A stretch of DNA of 45,767 bases from a virus. Taxonomy: Duplodnaviria; Caudoviricetes. Within the stretch, counting starts at the first letter, position 1; every line of letters begins with the position of its first letter. The position numbers were made by a program, and so were the translations under genes. Shown here in pieces: positions 8,137-15,998 of this stretch. The stretch lies in IMG/VR virus record IMGVR_UViG_3300005512_000069, positions 1 through 45,767 of that record. One strand, 5' to 3'. A model generated the notes under the pieces. That model was not told the origin of the DNA. It ran no database searches and saw only the letters and a program-made list of their open reading frames with translations.

Positions 8137-8303
8137 CGATTGGGTCGCGCCCACCGAATCCGAAGGAGGGTGATGCCTGGACTAACTATGACACAGACGT
8201 CACCTACGTTTTCCACAATGGCGAGTGGTGCCGAGCCGTTGTGGATGTGTTCAGCGCCGAGAGACGCCTCGCCAAGATGCGCCGAGCCGTGGAGGGGGAG
8301 TGA
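8133..8303 (+). CDS. Hypothetical protein with a PxxPxxGDxW fibre-type motif
   Basis: GTGA overlap; RPPNPKEGDAWTNYDTDVTYVFHNGEW. Confidence 0.6.
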   Translation: MTIGSRPPNPKEGDAWTNYDTDVTYVFHNGEWCRAVVDVFSAERRLAKMRRAVEGE

Positions 8304-8806
8304 TGGGCGACAAGTGGATCCACGGCGGTAAGGGCGGGCGCGCGTTCTCTGAGGTGCGGTCCGAGCCGATAACGGCCATCGCCAAGTTCGACGCCCGCAT
8401 CGCGGAGCTGGAGGCCGAGGTGGAGCGGCTGCGGGCCGGACGTGCAGTGTTCAGCAGCCCAGACGACACGGAAGCCATCCAGGCTGCAATCGACAAGGCT
8501 GAGGGTGGAGACGGCTCGGTCGTTTTGAGCGTGGCTGATTACTGCGACCTACTTAACGAGGTCGAGCGCCGCGGCCGGCTGATCGAGCGGGCCGTCACCG
8601 AGAACTTCGACTGCCTGTGGTGCTCCGGTCACGAAGGGGGCTCGCACCAGCCGGACTGCAACGCTTGCATCGAGATCCACACAGGCCACGAACCCAGCTG
8701 CCGCGCCTTCACCCCCGACGGCTCCGTCCGCTGGGGCGAGCCCCCGCTGTCCGACGAAGAGAAGCAGCATCGCGAAGCCGGCAAGTTCCGGCACGGAGAC
8801 GAATGA
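8303..8806 (+). CDS. Hypothetical coiled-coil/Zn-binding protein
   Basis: RIAELEAEVERLR; CLWC...HQPDCNAC...HEPSC. Confidence 0.7.
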   Translation: MGDKWIHGGKGGRAFSEVRSEPITAIAKFDARIAELEAEVERLRAGRAVFSSPDDTEAIQAAIDKAEGGDGSVVLSVADYCDLLNEVERRGRLIERAVTENFDCLWCSGHEGGSHQPDCNACIEIHTGHEPSCRAFTPDGSVRWGEPPLSDEEKQHREAGKFRHGDE

Positions 8807-9114
8807 TCGCCCCCCGCAAATGGCCCGACCTCGACTTTTTTGCAACGGCCAGCGTGGGTGAAGCGTGGGTCGACTTTGATGTCTACGAACGGTACGGGCC
8901 CGGGGGCATCGAGATCACGCCGGACATCGCAGAGCCCGACATGCGATGGGCGCACGGCACCGTCAAGTGGGACGGGTGCTCGAACTGGTCGTTCGACTGC
9001 ATACTCCATGGCTGCAGCCGCCAAGACATAACCAACATGACCGAGGTGCTCGCCCGCTGCTGGGATTGGGCGTCTGAGTTGCTGGCCGACCAGTGGTACG
9101 GAGGACCATCGTGA
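8803..9114 (+). CDS. Conserved phage hypothetical protein
   Basis: ATGA overlap; GTVKWDGCSNW...HGC motif. Confidence 0.7.
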   Translation: MIAPRKWPDLDFFATASVGEAWVDFDVYERYGPGGIEITPDIAEPDMRWAHGTVKWDGCSNWSFDCILHGCSRQDITNMTEVLARCWDWASELLADQWYGGPS

Positions 9115-11399
9115 ACCAAGACCCCATCGCCCAACTTTTCGCCCTCGGTCTCGGCCCGTGGACGACGCCCCTGCGCGGTAAGATTCCGGTCCTCGACGCC
9201 TGGACAGCCCTTGACCCCGTCGACGAAGCCACCGTCCGCACCTGGCTCGACGTGGGCTACAACCTCGGCTTCCGGACAGGCTCACGGTCGGGGCTCATCG
9301 TCATCGACGACGACCAGGCCAGGTCCGGTGGCGGCGACTACGAGCCACCAGCTACGGGGCTCGTGGCAGCGACCCCGACCGGTGGTCGGCACTTCTACTA
9401 CAAGGCCCCCGACCCGTGCCCCGGCAACTCGGCCAGTCGGCTCGCGCCCCACGTCGACGTGCGTGGCGAGGGTGGCCAGGTTGTCGTGCCGCCTAGCATC
9501 CACCCCGTGGCTCGAGAGTCCTACACCTGGCTCAGCACGGGTGAGCCCGCGGACTACCCGGCTACGGTCCACGTCGACATGACGAAGCCCGACCCGCCGT
9601 CCGCCGGCTTGGGCTACGCAGCCACCGCGCTCCACCAAGAGGTCCACGCGGTCCGCAACGCCTCCGAGGGCAACCGCAACGACACGCTCAACCGGGCCGC
9701 GTTCAGCCTCGGCCAGCTCGTGGCCGGCGGGGTGCTCGACCTGGCTACTGTCCGGGCAGAGCTCAAGTCCGCGGCTGTCATCGCCGGGCTGTCCTCCGCC
9801 GAGACCGCCAAGACCATCCGGTCCGGGCTGCAGGCCGGGCGCGAGCACCCTCGAACGGCTCCCGAGCGACGGGCGGGCGGCTCCGTCGCCCTGCAGCAGC
9901 CCCCCAAACTCCCCCCCGGCGCCGACGTCCTCATCCCTGGGTCCCACGTCATCGAGCACGGCGAGTGCGTCGAGCAGGGCAACCACGACTTCGCGTCCCA
10001 CGTCCTCGCCAAGCTCGCCCCAGGCAGCATCTACCGGCGGGCCGGCCAGCTCGGGGAACTCCAAGGCGGCCAGTTCTGCCCGGTCTCGGTCCACCGTCTG
10101 CGCTCGATCATCGATGGTTCGATCCGCCTGGCCGTGGGCAAGGACCACGAGGGCGAGCTCCAACTGCAGTTCCGTACATGCAGCCGGGACCATGCCTCGG
10201 TCGTGCTCGACTTCGGGCAGGTCCAGGGCGACGTCCGCGAGCTCGTCCACCTCGCGACCCACCCGGTGTGCGTCGGGGCGGATTTCAGCCCCGCCAAGCC
10301 CGGCTGGAACGCGGACTCCGGCGTCTACCTGGCCGACGAGGTCACCCCCGACCCGTTGCCGCTCGACGAAGCCAAGGCCGTGCTCGAGGACCTGGTGGCA
10401 GACTTCCCGTTTCAGGAGTCCTCGGACCGGGCCAACTTCCTGGGCCTGCTCCTGACTCCGATCCTCCGCCCCGCCCTGGGCGAGCCAGTCCCCATGCACC
10501 TCATCAACAGCCCCATGGAGCGGACCGGCAAAACCAAGCTGGCCGAGATCGTCCTGGGCGTCGCCGTCTCCGGCCGCCGGGTCCCCGCCATGCAGTTGGG
10601 CGACCGGGAGGAGGAACGCGAGAAACGTATCTTGGCCGTCCTGCTCCGTGGCCAGGGCTTGCTTCACCTCGACAACCTGGCTGAGCACCTCAACAGTGCC
10701 GCCTTGGCCAGCCTGCTCACATCTTCCGAGTATCAGGGCCGCATCCTGGGGGCCAGTTCCGCACCCAGCATCCCCAACAGCCTGACCGTCGTCGGCACCG
10801 GCAACAACGTCCACGCCACGGGCGAGCTCACCAAGCGCATCGTCCCCATCCGCCTGCTGCCCGATACCGAGGCACCCGAGGAACGGAACGACTTCCGGCA
10901 CCCCGATCTTCTGGGCTTCGTCACTGAGTCCCGCCCCCGGGTCCTCGGCGCGCTCATGGGGCTTATCGAGTCTTGGCGCGACAACGGTCGTCCGCTCCAC
11001 CGTGGGGCGTTCGGTGGGTTCGAGCGCTGGACTGCTGTCACCGGAGGGATCCTCACGAACGCGGGATACGACGACTGGCTCGCCAACATGGCGGCCTGGC
11101 GGGGTGCTGCGAACGACGCCGGCCAAGAGAACCGGGACTTTGTCGCAGCCTGGCACGCGGCCCACGGCTCTGCCTGGGTCAAGGCCTCGATCCTCTACGA
11201 CCTGGCCGTGGAGCTTGACCTGTTCGGGTGGCTCGAGGCCGGCCGGACCGAACGAGCCCGGCGCCGCATGTTCGGCGTCCGGGTCCTGAACCGCCTGGCC
11301 GGCCGGGTCGTCGGCCTACCCAACGGCGCCAGCTCCGTTCGCATCGTGTCCGATGGCGTCGGGAGCCGGCGCAAGGTGAGGCTGGATGGGGTGGGTTAG
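9111..11399 (+). CDS. Bifunctional primase-polymerase (Prim-Pol) fused to a P-loop helicase-like domain
   Basis: GGAGGA SD; NLGFRTG..SGLIVIDDD, TPTGGRHFYY, DVRGEGGQVVVPPS, GNRNDTLN (PriCT-like), RTGKTKL Walker A, HLDN. Confidence 0.9.
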   Translation: MNQDPIAQLFALGLGPWTTPLRGKIPVLDAWTALDPVDEATVRTWLDVGYNLGFRTGSRSGLIVIDDDQARSGGGDYEPPATGLVAATPTGGRHFYYKAPDPCPGNSASRLAPHVDVRGEGGQVVVPPSIHPVARESYTWLSTGEPADYPATVHVDMTKPDPPSAGLGYAATALHQEVHAVRNASEGNRNDTLNRAAFSLGQLVAGGVLDLATVRAELKSAAVIAGLSSAETAKTIRSGLQAGREHPRTAPERRAGGSVALQQPPKLPPGADVLIPGSHVIEHGECVEQGNHDFASHVLAKLAPGSIYRRAGQLGELQGGQFCPVSVHRLRSIIDGSIRLAVGKDHEGELQLQFRTCSRDHASVVLDFGQVQGDVRELVHLATHPVCVGADFSPAKPGWNADSGVYLADEVTPDPLPLDEAKAVLEDLVADFPFQESSDRANFLGLLLTPILRPALGEPVPMHLINSPMERTGKTKLAEIVLGVAVSGRRVPAMQLGDREEEREKRILAVLLRGQGLLHLDNLAEHLNSAALASLLTSSEYQGRILGASSAPSIPNSLTVVGTGNNVHATGELTKRIVPIRLLPDTEAPEERNDFRHPDLLGFVTESRPRVLGALMGLIESWRDNGRPLHRGAFGGFERWTAVTGGILTNAGYDDWLANMAAWRGAANDAGQENRDFVAAWHAAHGSAWVKASILYDLAVELDLFGWLEAGRTERARRRMFGVRVLNRLAGRVVGLPNGASSVRIVSDGVGSRRKVRLDGVG

Positions 11400-11596
11400 C
11401 TGCGGGGCACGTGTCGCCCGCGCCGGACCGCCGGCACCGGCACCGGCACCGGCTCCATCACGCACCGATCCAGGCTGGCCAGCTTGTCCAGGCACGCCCG
11501 AAGCCGTTCGCTGCGACTGCTGCCCGGCGCTCGGTCGATCTGCGCCAGGTGCCGGGCGTGCAGCCGGACCGTGACTGCTGCAGTGTCGTGGGTCAC
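11396..11596 (-). CDS. Ribbon-helix-helix (CopG/Arc-like) DNA-binding protein
   Basis: VTVRL...LAQID...SRSERLR pattern. Confidence 0.7.
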   Translation of the reverse strand: MTHDTAAVTVRLHARHLAQIDRAPGSSRSERLRACLDKLASLDRCVMEPVPVPVPAVRRGRHVPRS

Positions 11597-11817
11597 CAGG
11601 TCCCCCTTTCCGCCACGGTCGGGAACCGGGTCGGCTCCTCGATCTCACCCATGCGGTGCAGCTCGTTCCGGATCCATGCGAACGGGTTGTCCGGGTGCAT
11701 CGTGTCCACACCTTGCTCCTCGGCCCAGTCCAGGGCGAACCGAAGGCCGTCGATCTTCGCGTCTCGCTCGATTTGCGTCCGGCGCAGACGTTGCGCTTCC
11801 TTGCGTTCCGCATCCAT
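11593..11817 (-). CDS. Hypothetical protein
   Basis: Start MDAERK (TGATG overlap). Confidence 0.65.
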   Translation of the reverse strand: MDAERKEAQRLRRTQIERDAKIDGLRFALDWAEEQGVDTMHPDNPFAWIRNELHRMGEIEEPTRFPTVAERGTW

Positions 11818-12056
11818 CACAAATCCCTCTTCCGCGCGACGTCCGTCACGTCCCAGGTGATCCCGTGCTCCTCGCGCAGTGCGCGGGTGCCGGTGTAGTC
11901 GATACCGAGCATGCTCGCCGCGGTCTGGAGGTGCTGGTCTCCGTATCCGTAGTGGATGCCCGAGTCCTCGGTCGTGCCATCGTCCTTGTGGATCGTGACC
12001 GAATGGTAGGTGTTGCCGTAGGTGCGCTGAAACCAGCGCCGTCCGGTGATATGCAC
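11817..12056 (-). CDS. Conserved phage early hypothetical protein
   Basis: AAGGAG SD; GRRWFQRTYGNTYHSV...YGYGDQHLQTA motif. Confidence 0.75.
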   Translation of the reverse strand: MHITGRRWFQRTYGNTYHSVTIHKDDGTTEDSGIHYGYGDQHLQTAASMLGIDYTGTRALREEHGITWDVTDVARKRDL

Positions 12057-12086
12057 GCCATGTTCTCCTTTGCTTTCTGCGGGCGC

Positions 12087-12662
12087 CTAGCGGGCAATCG
12101 GCATCAACAGGCCGAACGCATCCGGCGCCGGTGCGTCTGCGCCAGGCAAGACCAAGATCGCGTCGGACACCTGGACCGATCCGTTCCACTTACGCGGCTC
12201 GGGCAGCACGATCTCCACGTCGTGCGTCCCAAGCGCATCAGCCAGGCGGGCCAGCTTGCGCGCATTCAGCCTGACCCGGACACCCTTCGGTGGGTTCGAC
12301 GGGTTGCAGTCCCGGGACACCGCCCCGACGTCCGGATACTCGCCGCCTGCGTCGGTCGTGACCGTCAACGGGCCGACCTCGAGCTTCATGTCCGGGTCCA
12401 CGTCGTGGAGCTTGATCCGGGGCTCGGCCTTCTTGCACGCCGTCTTCAACACATCCGCCGGCAGGGGCACGGTCCGGCCGTTGAACCCGTCGCCGTCGTC
12501 GAGCGGCACGGGCAAGACGACCAGCATATGGCCGTCGGTGGCCGACACGACCGGCCGACCGTCGCCATTCAGCTCGGGCAGGTAGTGCGGCATGCTGAAC
12601 GCGTACCGGCCGGGACTTTTCGCGGCCACGGCTTGCGGCTTGCAGGGATAGGGAATGCGCAT
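12087..12662 (-). CDS. Truncated DNA polymerase III beta sliding-clamp-like protein
   Basis: Start MRIPY after GGAG; ATDGHML, GEYPDV, LNARKL, GLLMPI clamp motifs; about 191 aa. Confidence 0.75.
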   Translation of the reverse strand: MRIPYPCKPQAVAAKSPGRYAFSMPHYLPELNGDGRPVVSATDGHMLVVLPVPLDDGDGFNGRTVPLPADVLKTACKKAEPRIKLHDVDPDMKLEVGPLTVTTDAGGEYPDVGAVSRDCNPSNPPKGVRVRLNARKLARLADALGTHDVEIVLPEPRKWNGSVQVSDAILVLPGADAPAPDAFGLLMPIAR

Positions 12663-12757
12663 TGGTTCTGTCTCCGTTGTGGGGTTCCAGGGTCCGCGGG
12701 CCAGTCCAGCACCCGGGCCAGCGACCCCGCCATGCAGCAGGGCCGGCGGTCCGAGGG

Positions 12758-12934
12758 CTAGATCACCTCGGCAGGATCGACCGCGTAGATCCCACCCGCT
12801 TGGGTCCGGATCTCGACCTTGCCGGACGGCAGGACCACGTCCACCGTCACCAGCGCGGGGCTGTCCACGCTTACAGTCCCGACCCCCGGGACCTTGGTCG
12901 GGTGCTTCGGGGCCCACTTCCGGATCTCTCTCAC
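12758..12934 (-). CDS. Small beta-rich hypothetical protein
   Basis: GGAGG SD, GTGA overlap. Confidence 0.6.
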   Translation of the reverse strand: MREIRKWAPKHPTKVPGVGTVSVDSPALVTVDVVLPSGKVEIRTQAGGIYAVDPAEVI

Positions 12935-13326
12935 GGCGCCACCTCCTCGTTCAGCCACGCGTCCCACCCCGCACCCATCAACGCGGCCAGGCGCGCGGAC
13001 TGCGAAAGAATGTGCCGGTAGAGGCGCTCGGCCTTGCGGCTGTCGGGGTTGTGGCCGGTATCGGCGGCCCAGTCCTCGAACGACTCAGCCGCCTCCGCGC
13101 CCCGTGCGTCCATGCGCAGGCAGTCGAGCACCTCGTCCAGTGTGGGTGGCTCGCCGTTGTGGCCCTTGCCCTTGCTGAAATGCAGCTCCATGTCGGACAC
13201 CCCCGAGTCGGATCCGAGCATCACGTACCAATGGTCCGCGTCAACCCAGTCGAGCATCCAGGGGTTGCCGTCGACCTGCTCCACCCGGGTCATCCGGACT
13301 TTGTACGTCCCGTTTTCGATCTTCAA
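12931..13326 (-). CDS. Conserved phage early hypothetical protein
   Basis: Likely TTG start after GGAG; FSKG..H..EPP...VL..L..DA...SFEDWA...G..PDSR motif. Confidence 0.7.
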   Translation of the reverse strand: MKIENGTYKVRMTRVEQVDGNPWMLDWVDADHWYVMLGSDSGVSDMELHFSKGKGHNGEPPTLDEVLDCLRMDARGAEAAESFEDWAADTGHNPDSRKAERLYRHILSQSARLAALMGAGWDAWLNEEVAP

Positions 13327-13419
13327 ACCTATCTCCGTCGTGCGTTCAAGCGCCGGGAACCCCCCGACGCCCCCTATGTATACACCCACTTATCGGGGCT
13401 GTCCATACCGGACATGAGC

Positions 13420-13890
13420 ACAAATCCCACAAAAATGGGCGCGGTTTGCGTGCGGTGGGGTATTCCGACCCCTGAGTAGCCCGATCGCAGGTGCCTACAA
13501 ATCCCACACGGGTGTGTAGGCTTTCCACACGTCGATGGGATCACATGCCAAACGCGACCCATCGGTGTGGGCGTTCTGTTACTTGTGGACATTGCAAACG
13601 CGACCCATCGCTCCGCCTTTGTGGGTCTTGTGGGTCTTGTAGACTTGTAGACACGTTTGTAGACACCCTATTCGGCATCTCAGCCCCCCTTTCAACCCCT
13701 TTTGTCTACAAGTACCACAAAGGCACTTCGGGCCCTTCCTGAGAGGGGATAGGGATCGCACCATTGTATGACAGCGGAGGCGATTCGTGGATTTGTGGGC
13801 TTTGTAGACCGATCGCCCCGCAGGCCACCTTTCTGGCCCGATATCGCACACATAGCCTCACGCTATGTGTCCACAAGTACCACAAACGTT
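13420..13890. repeat. Iteron-like repeat region, candidate replication origin
   Basis: Lower GC and no credible ORF. 14 TTGT(A/G)G copies on both strands by manual count; 16-bp direct repeat at 13549/13595; 19-bp near repeat at 13703/13868. Confidence 0.65.
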
Positions 13891-13901
13891 CTAGATGGCC
13901 C

Positions 13902-14315
13902 TCAAATGCCCTTTCTGAGCCCGTTTAGGCTCTGCTGCCGGTATGGCTTGCCGTGGTACGCGGCCGCGCGTCGACGGCGCAGGTAAATCCAGTACCCAGC
14001 CAGCTCAACCCGCCAGCCCTTTGGCCCGCCCCGTACGACCCGCTCCCAATCCTCGTCCGTCTCGTAAGCGTCCCACCAACGCTCGAGCCAGCCGATACGC
14101 TCGTGCCACCGACGGACTGCCCGCTCTGCGTCCCGCACCGTGACCCCTAGCCAGGCCCGAGCACCCGGCGAGACCACGATCGCGTGCCGCCCGCGGATGC
14201 ACTGTGGCTCGCAGTCGCAGGCCGCCCGAGTCGTCGTGTTCCGCTCGAGCGCGTCCCCCCCGAAGATGCGTCGCAGCGTCCGGGGCCGGCACGGCCCTGT
14301 GTGTCTATTCGTCAT
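13902..14315 (-). CDS. Hypothetical Trp/Arg-rich protein
   Basis: 3' part of ORF 13902..14822 starting MTNRH; weak SD. Confidence 0.5.
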   Translation of the reverse strand: MTNRHTGPCRPRTLRRIFGGDALERNTTTRAACDCEPQCIRGRHAIVVSPGARAWLGVTVRDAERAVRRWHERIGWLERWWDAYETDEDWERVVRGGPKGWRVELAGYWIYLRRRRAAAYHGKPYRQQSLNGLRKGI

Positions 14316-14444
14316 TTGGATACGCAATTGGGGTGATATCAACTCGATACCACTCCCACACACGGCCGCGCGTGGGGTGGCAGGCCCCCGTTCTACCCCA
14401 CCTCGGCGTGGCTTGCATGGGGGTGTGGGGGCTAGGGCTGCAGC

Positions 14445-14630
14445 GGGTCGGGTCGGGTCCGGTCGGGTCCGGTCCAGGGCCAGGCCAGGCTGCGCACCCC
14501 CGGCCCTGATCCGCGGGCGCCCCGACTCGGCCTCGAGCTGAGGCACAGACAGACCGGTCTGCCTGCCCAATCCGAACAGACCAGTCTGTCTGACCCCCCA
14601 CCCCGGGGGGCCGGCGGGGGGCGGGCGGGG
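14445..14630. repeat. GGGTC/CGGTC pentamer repeats, twin CAGACCRGTCTG palindromes and C/G tracts (candidate pac/terminus region)
   Basis: Read directly; lies just upstream of the packaging genes. Confidence 0.55.
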
Positions 14631-14684
14631 AAACGTCCCGATGCCGCAAAATCTGCCGTCAGCGGCCCACTTCGTTTGAAGTTG

Positions 14685-14693
14685 TGTTATGCT
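14685..14693 (+). promoter_or_regulatory. Extended -10 promoter candidate (TGTTATGCT) for the late operon
   Basis: TGn-TATGCT in an AT-rich patch upstream of the structured leader. Confidence 0.45.
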
Positions 14694-14694
14694 C

Positions 14695-14856
14695 ACGGGG
14701 GCAGGCTGTTTGGCGCTAACCACGCCAGCGGGATGGGTCTGCCGCCGGGCGACGCCATCGCCCACTCCGTTGTGAACCTGGCCGGGGTTGGTCAGTGCAG
14801 GCGAGCGATAACACGCGGACACGCCGCCATAGTTGCTGGCCAGCCCCGGTTTTTTT
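14695..14856 (+). ncRNA. Structured leader RNA/attenuator ending in a 16-bp stem and U-tract
   Basis: 14781-14796 pairs with 14835-14850 (4 G-U pairs) and is followed by a T run; three further helices lie upstream. Confidence 0.55.
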
Positions 14857-14865
14857 GGAGCAAAG

Positions 14866-15150
14866 ATGAAGCGAGTTGGTGGAGTTCGGAAGGGTCGTAC
14901 GGGTTTGTGGCGTACGGCGCTGGAGCGGTTGGCGCGGGATCCGGATACGAGCCGGGAGGGGATGTCGGTGGTTCAGTTGCCCGAGGATGCGGCGGTGGGT
15001 AAGGCGCATGCGGGGCTGCGGGACTTCATGAAGAAGCACGGGAAGGAAGCGGAGTTCGCGGCTCTGCGTGCTGCGTGGGACGCGGACCGGCTGTACGTGG
15101 GGGAGGACGGTGGTCGGCTGTGGTACGTGCTGGAGCACGAGGGGGCGTAG
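14866..15150 (+). CDS. Hypothetical protein
   Basis: GGAG SD, start MKRVGG. Confidence 0.7.
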   Translation: MKRVGGVRKGRTGLWRTALERLARDPDTSREGMSVVQLPEDAAVGKAHAGLRDFMKKHGKEAEFAALRAAWDADRLYVGEDGGRLWYVLEHEGA

Positions 15151-15825
15151 ATGGAGCGCGTGTCGCCGGCCGCCGAGGTGGTGATGCCCGACCCGGTGGG
15201 TGCGGGTGAGGCGCTGCGTCGGGCGTTGGCGGACACGGGGGACCTGGCGGGGCTGGTGAGCCTGGAGATGCTGGCGCCGCCAGGTGACGGTGTGGAGGGT
15301 CCGGCGGAGTTCGTGCGTCGGGTGGCGTTGGCGATGGCGTTGGCGAGCGTTGCGGAGGGGGTGACGCTGGCGGAGTGCCTGGGTGCGGCGGGGTGTTCGC
15401 CGGCCGAGTACCTCGAGGTGTCGCAGAGCCCGGAGGTGTGGCCCGCGTTGACGGGCTGGACGATGGGGTTGATTGTGGCGCCTCGGTTCCCGGGGATCAT
15501 GGCGGCGGCTTCGATGGCTGCGATGACGGGGGACGTGAAGGCGCAGGGGATGTTCATGGAGTTGGTGCAGTTGGCGAACGAGCGGAGCACGGACGCGGCG
15601 TTGGATGGTGTGCGCCGGTTGAGTGCTCAGGGGTTCGCGGAGGAGCTGCGGGGGATGGTGCAGAGGCTGGACGGGTTGGCGGAGGAGCTGGGCGCGAGGG
15701 ATGGACCGCGGGCGGCTGAGTTGACGGGTAAGGCACGGAAGGCGGTGTCTAGTGGTCGCACGCTGCGCAAGAGTGAGCTGGCGCGGGGTGAGGTGGATCA
15801 CAAGGAGGTGCGTGATGGAAGCTGA
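15151..15825 (+). CDS. Putative terminase small subunit
   Basis: Upstream of TerL; helical; TGDVKAQGMFMEL resembles the TerS GDVxA motif. Confidence 0.5.
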   Translation: MERVSPAAEVVMPDPVGAGEALRRALADTGDLAGLVSLEMLAPPGDGVEGPAEFVRRVALAMALASVAEGVTLAECLGAAGCSPAEYLEVSQSPEVWPALTGWTMGLIVAPRFPGIMAAASMAAMTGDVKAQGMFMELVQLANERSTDAALDGVRRLSAQGFAEELRGMVQRLDGLAEELGARDGPRAAELTGKARKAVSSGRTLRKSELARGEVDHKEVRDGS

Positions 15826-15994
15826 CGGGTGGACGGCGGTGTGGCGCGACGCGGTGGCGCAGGCCGAGTACGCGCGGATGCCGGCGGTGGTAGTGCGACT
15901 CGAGCTTAGTGGCGCGATGGCCTGCATCGACTCGCCGGTGGTGCGCGAGCACTACGGCCGCCTGATCGCCCGCACAGCGGATCCGAGGCTGTGA
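15815..15994 (+). CDS. Hypothetical protein
   Basis: AAGGAGG SD, start MEADGW. Confidence 0.6.
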   Translation: MEADGWTAVWRDAVAQAEYARMPAVVVRLELSGAMACIDSPVVREHYGRLIARTADPRL

Positions 15995-15998
15995 CGAC

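Noticed and set aside
9282-11165. Long antisense ORFs (627 aa here; also 17948-19909, 23369-24604, 34547-35983 and others)
   Set aside because: These are shadow ORFs expected opposite real genes in high-GC DNA, with no motifs or RBS.
11431-11453. CCGGCA hexamer repeat
   Set aside because: It encodes a simple PVPVPVP linker in the RHH tail.
13420-13890. Mini-CRISPR array
   Set aside because: The repeats are short, irregularly spaced and in both orientations; there are only two copies of the 16-mer and no cas genes.
14695-14856. tRNA, SRP or 6S RNA identity for the structured region
   Set aside because: No T-loop/anticodon cloverleaf and no SRP GGAA/AGCAG motif; no positive evidence for 6S. 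Left as an unassigned structure.
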